NCBI GenBank assembly: GCA_004431415.1
Contig: QPMI01000330.1
Span: forward strand, 1-56,229
DNA: 56,229 nucleotides
From: Cyanophora paradoxa CCMP329
Taxonomy: Eukaryota > Plantae > Glaucophyta
Direction of reading: 5' to 3'
The notes under the pieces were generated by a model. The model worked only from the letters and a program-made list of their open reading frames with translations. It was not told the DNA's origin and did no database searches. The translations under genes were made by a program, and so were the position numbers. This document shows positions 24,857 through 35,980 of the stretch, piece after piece. Position 1 is the first letter of the stretch. Every line of letters begins with the position of its first letter.

Positions 24857-25971
24857 TCACTCTGCGTCCTGCGAGCCGGAAGACTTGGATCCGAAGGTCC
24901 CGGAGGCCCCCGGCTGGAGAGAGGGCTTGCCGGCGCCCGCCTCGTACTGCATCTTGCATTCCTGCGCGCGGCGCCCGACGGTGAGGAGCCGGCCCCGGCG
25001 CCGGCGTCGGGCATGCAGTTGCAGGTACCTTGGCGATCTCGGGGAAGGGACGCCCGAACTGCTGGAAGGTCCCGTGCAGGTGGCCCGTGTAACCCTGCAC
25101 CGCCCGCCCGCCCGCTCAGCCCTGGGCGGAGGAAAGCTGCTGTCCAGGTCAAGGCCGCGCACGGATGGGAGGTAGCTCTTGGGGTCCTGCACCGGGGGCG
25201 CCTGGTGGGCCACCGCGTGCGGGGGCACCGGGCAATGCCTCTTGTCAAATTTAAAAGCGACCGGTTGGGACTTACTCGGGGACTTGCTCCCCTCCTCCGC
25301 GGCGCGGAAGGCCTCCCGGACGCTGTTGCCGAACGTGCCGCCGAACGCCTCGACGTGCTGCGGGATGTGCCCGCTGTACCCCGGGATCGGGGAGCGCTTG
25401 TCGACTTGCGGGTACGTGAACGCCTGGGGCGACTTGGGGCTCTTCGGAGACGAGGCAGCAGCGGCGGCCGACGGGGAGGCTGGCGATGCGAGCGCGTCGC
25501 CGGCGTCGGCACCCGACTTGGGGGACTTGCCGGGGGAGGCCGCCTTGGCGGCCCGAATCTTCGCGGTGAAGGGGAGGCTCTCGAAATCGCGCCCGCCGGG
25601 AATATAGCCGGAGTACCCGGGCGTAATGTAGTCGGCTGCGCGGTTGCTGTGTGAGCGGCACTGAGCGCGGGCCGGGATTAACCCCCAAACGGCGCGGGCT
25701 CCGACGCGTAATGCGGATGCGGGAGGCTATCGGCACAGATGTAGTAATGCAGAGCTTGCGCGGTCGTGACCCGCCAACCCGTCTAGCTTGCAAAAACGAA
25801 CTGAAATCGGGCGGGCTTGACTTCTCGTACACCCGCGGCTGTGATGCAGTCAGACACATCTGGACCGGCGGAGCGACAAGCGTAGCGTCGGCGAGTTGCC
25901 TGCGGGGGCAAGCGCACTTTCGGCTGGAAAGGAACATAAGGAAGCGACGCGCTGTCCCGCGTTGCCGACAT
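24857..25971 (-). CDS. FAM166/CIMIP2-like ciliary microtubule inner protein (PGY repeats)
   Basis: Three repeats: ITPGYSGYIPG, PIPGYSGHIPQHVEAFGGTFG and VQGYTGHLHGTFQQFGRPF. Stop at 24857. The start at 25971 is tentative. Confidence 0.65.
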
Positions 25972-26121
25972 GGTAGTTGCTGACGACGCCTTGAACGCTG
26001 TCTGACGCCTTCGTAGTTGCGCGGACGCGTGCTGCTTTTGCGAGCCGACTCCACGTACCCCGAGGTGGCCTGGCTTTCGCCTCGATTATCGTCCGCGGAG
26101 CCACGCTTGGCGTCCTTCGCG

Positions 26122-28445
26122 ATGGAGTCCATCGTGGCGCAGATCCAGGCGCTGTCGGGCGCTGCGGACATCCAGCAGCTCGCGGACACTCTGAAGAAGG
26201 CGGAGGACACAATCAGCGGCAATGCCGGGCTCATCGATTCGGCAATCATGTCGCTCGACAGCAGGCAGCACGCGCTTGGCGTTCTCTACCTGCTGTACGC
26301 TTGCCATTCCGCGCCACGGTCGTCCGAGCGGCGCCCCCGTGCTCATCGGACGCTGCGCAGACATGCCAAAGCGAAGGAACTCGGCGCGGATGCGAACTCC
26401 GTCCTCTCATTCTGCATACAGTGCCAGACCTTCCTCCAGAGCTGTCAGAGGGAGCAAATCGTCCTCGCGCCCGAAAAGTGTACGCGCCCGCCCTCCGCTG
26501 CCTGCATAGCTTGTGTCTCTGCGGCGAACACCGCATGCGGCCCCCCCTAAGCGGTTGGGTGCAGTCGCCGCAGTCTGCAGGAGATTCGCGCAGGCGTGCA
26601 TTGCCCACAATATGCCGAAGCGTGCAGTTAGATCGCTCCACATGGCTGTAGAAGCGGTGCGCGCCCGATCGTTTCGGCGCGCATGGCCGGCGCCGACCCT
26701 GCCACCCTGCGCTGCAGTTCCGCCCGACGCCGGAGCACCTGACCCCCGTGCACGCCGACCTGATGCAAGTCTGCTTGCTCTCAAAGGTGCCGCGCCGGGC
26801 CGCGCCGCACGCCGCGCGCCAGGGCCGACCGGGAGCGGCCGCGTGCAGTGCTACAGCGCCGCGGAGCCCGTCATCAACCAGGACGTGTTCGACATCGACC
26901 CGCAAAAGACCGCGCTCGTGCGCCCTCCACTCCGCCGCGCCGCGCCTCTGCGCTCCGCCCTGACGCGGCGCCGCGCGCTCCGCAGACGCCGCGGGACCTG
27001 CTGCTCTACTACTACTACGGGGGCATGGTCCTGGTCGGCCTGAAGCGCTACCAGGACGCGATGGACTTCTTCCAGATGGCGGTCACGTGCCCCGCCTCCG
27101 TCCTCTCCTCGATCGCCCTGGAGGCGTACAAGAAGTTCGTCCTCGTCTCGCTCCTCGCCGTGGGGCAGATGGTGCCCCCGCCCAAGTACACGTCGGCCGC
27201 CGTCTCTCGGCACCTCAAGGCGGCGGCGGCGCCCTACCACGAGCTGGCGGCGGCGTACGCGAACGGCTCGGGCGCCGAGGTCCAGCAGGTCGTCGTCACC
27301 CACCAGCAGACCTTCGCGCGCGTGCGCATGCGTCCCGCCGCCCCGCTTCGCCCCGCTCCGCGCCCCCTCCGAGGGTTCCGACGGGGCGGCAGGACAACAA
27401 CGTGGGCCTAGTGAAGCAATGCGTGGCGAGCGTGGTGCGGCGGGGCGTGCAGAAGCTGACGCAGACATACCTCACTCTGAGCCTCGACGACATCGCGGCG
27501 CTCGTCAAGGCCCGCCCCAGCCCCCCCCCCCCCCCCCCCCCCCTCCCCCCGCCCACGCGCCCGCCCGCCCGCCCCCGCTGACGCGGGGCCGGCGCAGCTC
27601 CCGGGGAAGGCGGAGGCGGAGCGGCAGGTCCTCCGCATGGTGCGCGGGGGCGCCGGCGCCGCATCGCCCCTCAGAGGAAGAGAAGTCTGATGGGGGGGCA
27701 GATCGAGGCGGGGGAGGTGCAGGCGACGATTGACCAGCAGCACGGCATGGTCTCCTTCCAGGTCCCCCTTGCACTGCCGGATCCTTGCGATGCTTCGGGC
27801 TTTTGACGAATGGACGCGCGCAGGAGAGCTCGGCGGGCGGGGCGGGCGAGGCGGGGGCGCCCTCGCCGGCTGCCATGGAGCGCCGCATCGAGGAGGCCGC
27901 CCAACTCGCCCGCCGCCTCCAGGTCCGACCCCTCCAGCTCGCCACTCCTCCCACGTAGCTTGGACGCGCTTCTTCTTGCTCTCCTAGTGAAACTAGCCTT
28001 ATCCTCATTGTCTTAACTAGTGGGACGCGTCCGTGAAGAGCCGTCTGCTCTCGCGTTCGTTCGCTTGACTCGGCGTTCGTTCGCCTCTCAGCGCGTCTAC
28101 GAGACGATCATCTCCGACCCCTCCTACATCGCCAAGGTCCGTTTCTTCTCTCCGCCCACCCCGCCCACCCCGCCCCTGTGGTTCGAGCGGGGCGGCAGGT
28201 CTCGTCGCGGGAGCGCGGGGCCCGCAGCGGCGCGCCGTACGACGCCGACGAGACAGGCTTCGACTCGGTGCTTTCGAGCGCCTGTACCGCGACCGTTCCC
28301 CGGCTGCAGCTCGCTCACCAACCTGCCGGCTGCATGCGCAGGTCTTCGACCGGCCGTTCATATCGGACCCGCAGGGCGGCCCCGGCGGCCGCCCGGACGC
28401 GATTCTCGACTCGCTGCGCAGCGCCATGAGCTCCGGCTCCCGCTA
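26122..28445 (+). CDS. CSN3: COP9 signalosome subunit 3
   Basis: HLTPVHADLMQVCLLSKCY, DLLLYYYYGGMV..GLKRY, SSIALEAYKKFVLVSLL, PKYTS and the PCI domain DNNVGLVKQC...VQKLTQTYLTLSLDDIA...VLRMIEAGEVQATIDQQHGMVSF. Confidence 0.93.
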
Positions 28446-28689
28446 GGCGGAGAGGCCTCCGTCCCGTACCCCCCGCCCTGCCGCGCCGGTGCGCGGCTCC
28501 CCGCGCGGGCCCCGGCCCAGCCCCTCGCCTCCTGTAGATCGCTCTGTACAATCGCACGCCGTAATTTATAATATTAAGCGAGGGTCCCATGCGGCTAACG
28601 AGAAGTGGCGTGCGCGAATAAATTACTGTACATGTAATATCTTAGAGTTAAGGTGCACCGGAAGCGCGCGCGTGCGCATTGCACGCACG

Positions 28690-30395
28690 CTATCTGAGGG
28701 GTCCCGGGTCCAGATCTAGAACGTCTCCGGATCCGGGGGCGCTCTGGGCAGGGCTAGCTACAGCGCCGGCGCCCCCCGCGGGGGCGGCCTGCGGGTAGGG
28801 TCCGGGCGAGGCGCCCTCGTCGTACCAGACCGTGTACACGAGGCCCTCCCTCTCCGGCTGCCCCGCGCGCGCTTCAGCTCGGCTCCCCATCTCGCGATCA
28901 GTCTGGGCGGCGGCGCACGGCGTAGGGGTACGCCGCGTCGACGGTCTGCTCGAAGACCGCCTTGTGCCGGTCGTACTGGTGCAGCACCGCGTACGGCCGC
29001 CCCGCCCCGTTCACCAGCCTGCCGGGGCCGGCAGGGATCAAGAGGGGGTCAAGAGAGACCGGCGCGGGCGGGGGTACACGCGCGCCTGCCGAAGCGGTCG
29101 AAGACGAAGTCGCGCGTGTAGTGCAGCGTCGCGACGTACCCCTCCCCGTTCCCGAACACCGCCGCCCCCTCGGGCTCCCCCCGCCCCGCCGCCTCGCCCG
29201 CGCCGAAGTCTTTGGGCCAGAGGCGCGGCCGGCCGAAGCGGCCCGTCCAGAGAAAGAAGTTGTGTATGCCCTGCACGCACGGGAGGCAAGTCAGAGCTCG
29301 GCTGCGGCAGCCTGCGCTCTGCTCTGCTCGCGAGCGCGCTGGCTCGCCTGGTCGAGGCCGAAGTCCTCGCAGGGGGCCTCGTGGATGGCCCGCTCCATCT
29401 CGCGCAGGTAGGACAGCATCCCCGCCTCCGTCCCCACCGTCTGCCCCGCCCTCGTTCAAGAGAGGGGGGGGGGGGGGGGGGGGGGGGGGAAGGAGGAGGA
29501 GGAGGAGGAACGCACCGTCCCCGCGCACGAGATCGGCATCCGCTCGATCTGCGGGGCGTCCCTCGGCCGAGATCGGCGGCCGCAGCGAGGGGGGAGGGGC
29601 GTCACCTGGGCAAGGGCCTCGTCGCCGAAGCAGTTCCGCACCCAGGCGCTGTTCCAGCGGCACTGCCCGATAATCCGCCCGTCCAGGAAGAAGTGAAGCG
29701 CCCCGCGCATCGGCTCCGCGAAGGGATTGCCCTGCGCACACCGCCCCGTCGGCGTCGGCCCCCGCTCGCGGGGCCAAGGGCCAAGTCTCACCTGAAAGAT
29801 GACGTCCCTCGTGTCGCCTGCGCGCGCGCGTTGGCGGGCGCGTTTCACTAACGAGCTCGAGACCGAAGTTCGCTGCGCAAGCGCGCTGTCGCACATAGAA
29901 ACATGCGGTCGTACTCGCCCCTGTGCTGCTCGATCCACTCGCGATACGCGGCGTAGCGGTACAGGTGGCTCATCTTGTTGAGCGGCGACCGCGACTGCAG
30001 CAGGGTCTCGTTGTACCTTCCTGGGCGTTGGAGGCGCATGCGGGGGCGGGGGCGCGCGCGGCGGTCAGCAAAGCGCTTGCGTACCAAACCGGCTTCGCGT
30101 GGAATTCGTCCATGATGTGCTGCGTGAAGGAGTTCCTGGCAAAGGCGAGGCTCGGCGCGCGTACACAGCCGAGCGCTAGCGGAGGAACGCACCAGGCCGG
30201 GAGGAAGACGACGATTTCCGCGTCAGCTGGGTGCACGTAATGCCGGACGCTACGCAGCCAGCGCGCGAAAAGTTTGTTGTCGACCCGCGCGTTCGCGCCG
30301 AATATGAGGTCACGGCCCGCCGCCTCTCCCACGAGCATCGATATCCACACCAGGACGAGCGTGATCCGCCAGCCCCGTGCGCGTGGGTGCGTCAT
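28690..30395 (-). CDS. Secreted/Golgi putative GT-A glycosyltransferase (DxRDVxFQ / DQGxHN / HQYDR family)
   Basis: Hydrophobic N-terminus (ITLVLVWISMLVGEAAG). Spliced motifs YRYAAYREWI, MFLCDTRDVIFQGNPF, WNSAWVRNCFG, ISCAGTTVG, DQGIHNFFL and AVLHQYDRH. The 3' end is 28690 if the last intron is used, otherwise 28898. Confidence 0.7.
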
Positions 30396-30686
30396 CGCAA
30401 AACCCCGAGCTCGAGCGTGTCCGAAGCGCCTACACCAGCGCTGGCGGGCGTTAATAGACCTCGCTAGCGGGTGTTAATATACCAGCGCTGGCGGGCGTAG
30501 ATAAACCTCGCTCATCCCAGTCAACCCACCAGACTATGCAGTATCCCCCCCTTCGGCCCAACTTCGGCCCAACTTAAGCGGCCGCCGCCCAAGCCACCCA
30601 ACTTCTTTGCCTGTATCCCCTCCATGCTCTTCACGCTGTCACTCTCACGACACATTCGAGAAGGAACACGCGCTTGGCAGACAGGT

Positions 30687-32891
30687 TCAGCAGAGCGCGT
30701 ACTGTCCCTTCCGTAGGATGCGCAGTCGTCCGAGCTGCTCGCGGGAAAGACGGGGCGCGGTCAGGAGGCTTGGCCATGGGCCCGGGGGCGTTGCGAAGGG
30801 GAGCTCACCGTCTTGAGGAGGGTGAGGAGTCCGCGCAGGCGGGGTCCTAGGAGCGCGCGTGGCGGGTGAGGAGCTGGCGCGCAGAAGCGACGAACAGAAG
30901 GGGGGCAGGCGGACCGTCGTCCACTCCGGCGCCCTCGGCGAGCTGCTCCTGCGTCACGGCGGCCTCCCCGTCGTCCCCCAGGGCCGCCCGCAGCCGTCCC
31001 GAGGCCAGGCCCTGTCCCGCCCCGCGTCAGCCGCCGGCGCCACGGCTGCGAAGGAGGAGGAGGAGAGGCACCGCGTTGATGCGGTCGACGGACTCGACGA
31101 CGAACTGCCGCGGCGAGAGAGAGAGAGGCCGCCGGTGAGAACAAGAGGCGGGGCGGGGGGGGGGGGGGGGAAGGGGGGGAAGGGGGGGGAGGGGGGGGCG
31201 AACGGCGTAGGGGAGCGTGCTGCGGATGTGGCCCGGCGCCGCAGCGTACTCCTCCGGCCCACAGGCCGCAGCCGAGCCCCCGCCGGGGCCCCCGCCGGCG
31301 TCGCCGGCTCGCCCGAGAAGGACTCGTCGCAGGCGGTGACGAAGGTGCGGTCGAGCGCGTCGGGCCCTGACCGGAGCAGCAGCTGAGCGGAGCGGAGCGG
31401 GCAGCTGGGGTTGGTTGGCGGCCGCACCGGGGCCGGCGTGGCTGGAGAGGAGGCTGCGGTCCGGGGCGCTCGCGTGCAGCGCGGGGGTGCGGTCGGCAGC
31501 CGCCGAGGAGGAGGCCGGCGAGCTGGCGCGGCCGGCTGGAGGGCGCAGCGCGGGGCGGGCGGGGCGGGAAGAGGGCGCGCGCACGCGTTCAGCGGGTCGA
31601 GCACGGGCGTCCCGGGCGTCTTGGGCGTCCCCTCGGGCGCCACCAGGCGGCCCTTGGGCGGGGCGTGGAGCGCGCGTTGAGGAAGCGCGCCCGCGCCGCG
31701 GGGGAGGCGGCCCCGCCGACGCCAAGAGTGATGCGGGGCGTGCAGAGCACGGGCATCGGTGGCGTGCGCGTGACGCCGGCCGGCTTCCGGCCCCCCTTGG
31801 CGGCCGTCCCGGGCTTCCCGCGCGAGGCCGAGGGCGCGGCGGCCTCCTGAGGGCGGGGTCAGCCGCGAGCGCGCAGCAGCTCCCCGCAGGGGCGGGGCCC
31901 GAGGGGCGCGCACGATGGCGGGGGCCGGGGGGGTGATCGACGCGTACTCCGAGAGGCCGTAGTCGTCCAGGCTGCGGCGCGGCCACTGAGCGCTCTCCCG
32001 CGCGGCCGGCCGCGGCGGGCCGCGCGCCGGGCGCACTTGGGAGTCTTCGGCTCGGAGGCGACGCGAGCGTGGTCCGGCGTGCGGACGGGAGCCTGGCCGG
32101 CGGGGTCGGCCAGCTGCTCGGCCGGCTGCGCCGCCTGCGCCCGCGAGCGGAAGAAGCTGCGCTGCGCGGAGGGCGTGGCGAGGAGCGACGCCTCGTGCCC
32201 CTCATCTTCCTCCTCCCGCTGCTTCTCGGCGCTTGCGGCCGACAGCGCGCTCGACTTGGTCCCTGTTCGCAAGATTAATGTCTTCCTGCGCCCACTCTGG
32301 AGTGCCGAGAAGCGGGCGCACGGGGCACGTAGCCGGAGAGATCAGCGCCTCGCTGCTGCAGGGCGCCCTCGACGTCCTTCGCCATTGCCTGCGGCTCAGT
32401 GAGCGTTTGGCCAGAGCATCCGCGCGCTGCACGCGTGCCTGGTTCTGACGCATCAGGCCGATAGCGGCATCGAAGAGCGCCTGGAAGCTGGGGCCCACGC
32501 AGCTCGCCGCCTCCAGCGCCTTGCACTGCGGCTTCGCGCGTCAGCGGGGCATCGAGCGGACGGGGCGTCTCACACGCGCCTCCCGCTCGATCTTGGCCAC
32601 CCTGTTGGTGATGTTGCGCAGCACTTCGCTAGCTGCATCGTCTGCCGGTTTCCCAGCGAGACGTTGAGCCTCCGAACGTCGAGGCGCGAGCAGGGAGGCC
32701 TCGGCGGCGCACCGTCCGCTGCGGTATCTACAGGAGATGAGAGCACGGCGTGAACGCTCCGGATGTCCTCCTCGGCCTTGCGCGCTGCGACCGATGCGGT
32801 CAGGGTTGCAGCACGGCCCGGCGGCAGAGGCAGGCTGCAAGTTGTCGCGTTTACCGAGCGTTCTGAACTCCGTGAACAGCCGCGCGTACAT
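30687..32891 (-). CDS. SKA3: Spindle and kinetochore-associated (Ska complex) subunit 3-like
   Basis: N-terminal coil SFQALFDAAIGLMRQNQ-AMAKDVEGALQQRG..GY resembles plant SKA3. It also has a PKTPK-SLDDYGLSEY motif, many TP sites, and a Ska-type C-terminal domain (EEYAAAPGHIRSTL...VDRINA...GLLTLLKTLGRLRILRKGQY). Confidence 0.65.
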
Positions 32892-33061
32892 CGCTGGGCT
32901 GCGGGCTCGCTGATTTGAATGCGGGCCCGCTGGCAGCTGTCGTGTATAGCTAGGGTAGCTGGAGGCTACTGAAGACGTCGTTGGCAAAACTAGGCGTCGT
33001 AGTAGGCGTACAATGGGTTCAAGCCTCAAGCCGGCGCCTCAAGCCTCAAGGCGTTCCGGGG

Positions 33062-33272
33062 GTCAATCCCCGTGGCTAATTTGCAACAGGGGGAGTATGA
33101 GAAATCAAGCAAGTGCTATTCTGCACTGCGACAAAAGACTGGGTGCCAAAGAGGGGACAACTCGAGTCTGCGCTGAGGCTAGGCCTAGGCTATCACACAT
33201 AGTAGGAGGCCGAAGCCGAAAGACAGGTGCCTAAGGCGCTAGAGCAGACGAGAGAGGACCCGAAATGCCGCC
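33062..33272. repeat. Repeat B2 (211 bp), direct copy of 33401-33611
   Basis: GTCAATCCCCGTGG...GAAATGCCGCC occurs twice with a 339-bp offset. Confidence 0.95.
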
Positions 33273-33400
33273 GCGGTGGGCGGGTGGGAGAAAACAACCG
33301 CACGCCGACCGAGCCTAACGCGTCGGGCCGGGCGGGTACACGACTGACTGTCTAGTTTGCACCACGGGATTAACCTAAGAGAACTACACTTCTCTACCCA

Positions 33401-33611
33401 GTCAATCCCCGTGGCTAATTTGCAACAGGGGGAGTATGAGAAATCAAGCAAGTGCTATTCTGCACTGCGACAAAAGACTGGGTGCCAAAGAGGGGACAAC
33501 TCGAGTCTGCGCTGAGGCTAGGCCTAGGCTATCACACATAGTAGGAGGCCGAAGCCGAAAGACAGGTGCCTAAGGCGCTAGAGCAGACGAGAGAGGACCC
33601 GAAATGCCGCC
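33401..33611. repeat. Repeat B1 (211 bp)
   Basis: Same sequence as 33062-33272. Confidence 0.95.
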
Positions 33612-33949
33612 AAGGCGCGGCCGAAGGGCGCGCTGGCACCCAGGAGAGAAGGGAGCAGGGAAAGAAGAGAGGCCCGGAGGGCCGAAACAGAAGCGGGGAG
33701 CCCGACGGCGACCCGGTGGGAGCCGGGGTGCTGGCCTGCCGGCGCGAGGCCGGGGGCCAGCATGCCGCAGGGCGCGGACGGGGGGCCGGCGACCGCCTCC
33801 TAGCGCGGCAACCGACCCCCGCCGCCCCGTGAAGATCCGAATCGCAGGGAGCAGGGGCGCAGGGCCCGGAGGGCAAGCGCCGGCGGCGACGGGGGCGAGG
33901 CCCGGGCCCGGCCCCGGAGGCAGAGGGTCCAGGGCCGCTGTACATGTGA

Positions 33950-35686
33950 TCAGGTCGTGGAGGCTGGTGGAGATTGCGGCCGTGGCGACGGGGGGGGCGT
34001 GGAGGCCGAGGTGGGCGCGCCGGGGTCCAGCGTCGGCCACGTTGGCACGGTGGCCTCCGGAGCCGCCGCCACGTGGAGAGCACGGAACTCCGCGATCTGC
34101 CCGCGGGAGAGTGCATCAGCGAGGCGGTTCCGCACGCCGTCGATATGCTCCACGGTAAATTCGAAGGAGTGAAGCACGGAGAGGGCATAGAGGGTGCGGA
34201 TCAGGGCGGAGATGGCTGGCTGCGGCGAGCGGCCTTTCTTAAGGGCGTTAACCATAGGCTCGCAGTCTAGGCGGAAGAGGATGCGGTGGCGGGCCCACAG
34301 GGGGCCCCAGGTGGCGGCGGCGATGATGAGCGCCATTAGCTCTTTCCACGGCATGCTATCGGGGGGTACACCGGGGGGGACAAGGTGCGCGTAGTCCGCC
34401 CACGAGCCGTAGAGCCAGCGAGGGCCGAACACCGCGCCAAAGCCCGTCGTGCAGGCGTCGGTCTCGAGCTGCAGGTCGAGGGCGGGAGTGAAAACGTTGG
34501 AGCGTGGCAGGAGGCGCACGCCGTGGCGGGAAGCCAGAAGAAACTGCCACCAGGCGACCTCGGCGGCGAAGGGCCGGCCAAGACGCGCCCGGTGGTGCTT
34601 CGCGCGCAGCCCCTTGGCCTGCGCAATCAATCGCTGAAGGAAGTGCTGGCCGGGGGGCACCACCGCGGCAGCAAAGGAGAGCTTTCCGATGAGGGACTCA
34701 AGCTCGTGGCGCGTGGCGGAGCGGCGCCGCGCCCAGCGTGCGAGCTCGGCCTGAATCTCGGCCAGACGCTCGGGGGGCAGGCGGGCCTCCATGGCCAGCG
34801 TGTCGAGGAGGATGCCGAGGAAGACGAGGCAGGTCGTGGGACCTGTGCGCTTCTCGGGCGAGAGCGGGACGCCGAGGTCCGCGCAGGTGGCGGCCAGGTG
34901 AGCCATGGCCGCCGCGCACTCGCCCGTCCCGCTCCGGCCCGTGCTGAGGATGTCATCGACGAAGCGGATGGGCTGGAAGCCTTCCTGCCGCATCGCCCAG
35001 TCGATGACCTGCGCGAGATCTTCGAAGATACGTGGCGACGAGCGGCCGCCGAAGGGGAGGACGATATCAAAGTAGTACTCGTACTGGTCCGGTCGGGCGG
35101 GGTCGGGGAGCTTGTACCCCAGCAGCCCCCAGTCGGCGGGGCGCACGGGGCAGAGCTTGAAGGCATCGACGATGTCGTCCTTCCCAAGCTCCGCCCCGGG
35201 GCCGAGCGCGACGATACGCCGGATGGCGTGCTCGACGGTCGGCAGCCGGTAGTGCAGCTCCTCGACAGAGATGCCGTCGTTGACCGCCTGACCCCGGAAC
35301 TTAGGGTACGAGAGGTCATGGATGCGGCGGTACTTAACGGGATTAGAGTGCTTCTTGGGGACCGCGCCCAGCGGGGAAGAGACGAAGGGCTCCATGGGGG
35401 GGGAGGGGAAGGGGCCGAGGGTACGGCCGAGGGCGACGCTCCTGGCGACGTCGGCCCGCACCGCCTCCAGGTGATCGAGCGAGGAGGGGTGGGGCCGGTA
35501 GTCGGCCGAGAAGGCGGGGCCACGGTAGAGGAGGGGAAACCCGTCGCGGAAGCCGGAAGCCAGACGTTCGGCGAGGGAGGGGTCCGGGTGGCCAGCGAGG
35601 GCCGCCGCGACGCGGTCGGGGCGGACCGGCGTCTGCGCTAGCGCCAGAGAGAAGGGCAAGACCTGCGAGTACGCATACGTAGGCAC
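33950..35686 (-). CDS. DIRS-type reverse transcriptase plus RNase H
   Basis: SPLGAVPKK, YRRIHDLS, KDDIVDAF, LPFGGRSSPRIF, catalytic FVDD, FLGILLDT, and RNase H LETDACTTGFGA...KELMAL...RLDC...NRLADALSR. The frame is intronless and stays open up to the element end. Confidence 0.93.
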   Translation of the reverse strand: MPTYAYSQVLPFSLALAQTPVRPDRVAAALAGHPDPSLAERLASGFRDGFPLLYRGPAFSADYRPHPSSLDHLEAVRADVARSVALGRTLGPFPSPPMEPFVSSPLGAVPKKHSNPVKYRRIHDLSYPKFRGQAVNDGISVEELHYRLPTVEHAIRRIVALGPGAELGKDDIVDAFKLCPVRPADWGLLGYKLPDPARPDQYEYYFDIVLPFGGRSSPRIFEDLAQVIDWAMRQEGFQPIRFVDDILSTGRSGTGECAAAMAHLAATCADLGVPLSPEKRTGPTTCLVFLGILLDTLAMEARLPPERLAEIQAELARWARRRSATRHELESLIGKLSFAAAVVPPGQHFLQRLIAQAKGLRAKHHRARLGRPFAAEVAWWQFLLASRHGVRLLPRSNVFTPALDLQLETDACTTGFGAVFGPRWLYGSWADYAHLVPPGVPPDSMPWKELMALIIAAATWGPLWARHRILFRLDCEPMVNALKKGRSPQPAISALIRTLYALSVLHSFEFTVEHIDGVRNRLADALSRGQIAEFRALHVAAAPEATVPTWPTLDPGAPTSASTPPPSPRPQSPPASTT

Positions 35687-35909
35687 TGCGGTGGAGAAGG
35701 CGGGAGGGAGGGGCAGGCCCGGCCGCGGCCGAGGGCGGGCGCCGCACGGGGAGGAGGCCTGGGCCGGCGCCGGCAGTGTCGTGCCTGCTGTGCGCCCGCT
35801 GGCCTCTGCGCTCGAAGGTGAGGGCGCAGGAGAGGGCGCAGGCGGGGCGGGGGGCGGGAGCGTAGCCGGGCGGGGTGTAGATGGAGGAGGAGGGGTCGCC
35901 CCCCGCAGC

Positions 35910-35934
35910 AGAGAACTACACTTCTCTACCCAGT
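35910..35934. repeat. Truncated repeat A1 (25 bp), identical to 33378-33402
   Basis: AGAGAACTACACTTCTCTACCCAGT occurs at both positions. Confidence 0.9.
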
Positions 35935-35980
35935 ACCGTGCCTCCAGTCTGGCGCGCCCCCGGCTTAATCAGCTACCGGT

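Larger units (their letters stand above)
33062..35934 (-). mobile_element. DIRS-order (Ngaro/PAT-type) retrotransposon with split direct repeats A1-[RT/RH]-B1-A2-B2; gag and YR absent
   Basis: B1 33401-33611 and B2 33062-33272 are identical by eye. The A1 remnant 35910-35934 equals the start of A2 (33378-33402). There is no TSD, but an AC dinucleotide (minus strand) is shared at both termini and at the B1/A2 junction. Confidence 0.9.

Noticed and set aside
33062-33611. 211-bp direct repeats read as LTRs of an LTR retrotransposon or as a simple tandem duplication
   Set aside because: Both copies lie on the same side of the ORF, there are no TG..CA ends or TSD, and the RT/RH is DIRS-type. Split direct repeats fit better.
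33532-34188. ORFs downstream of RNase H as the tyrosine recombinase
   Set aside because: They are too short and low-complexity, with no HSxRxG or GRW-S-Y motifs in any frame.
33950-35686. RT as a retron, DGR, group II intron or Penelope enzyme
   Set aside because: The fused DIRS-like RNase H, the eukaryotic context and the A/B repeat layout argue against these.
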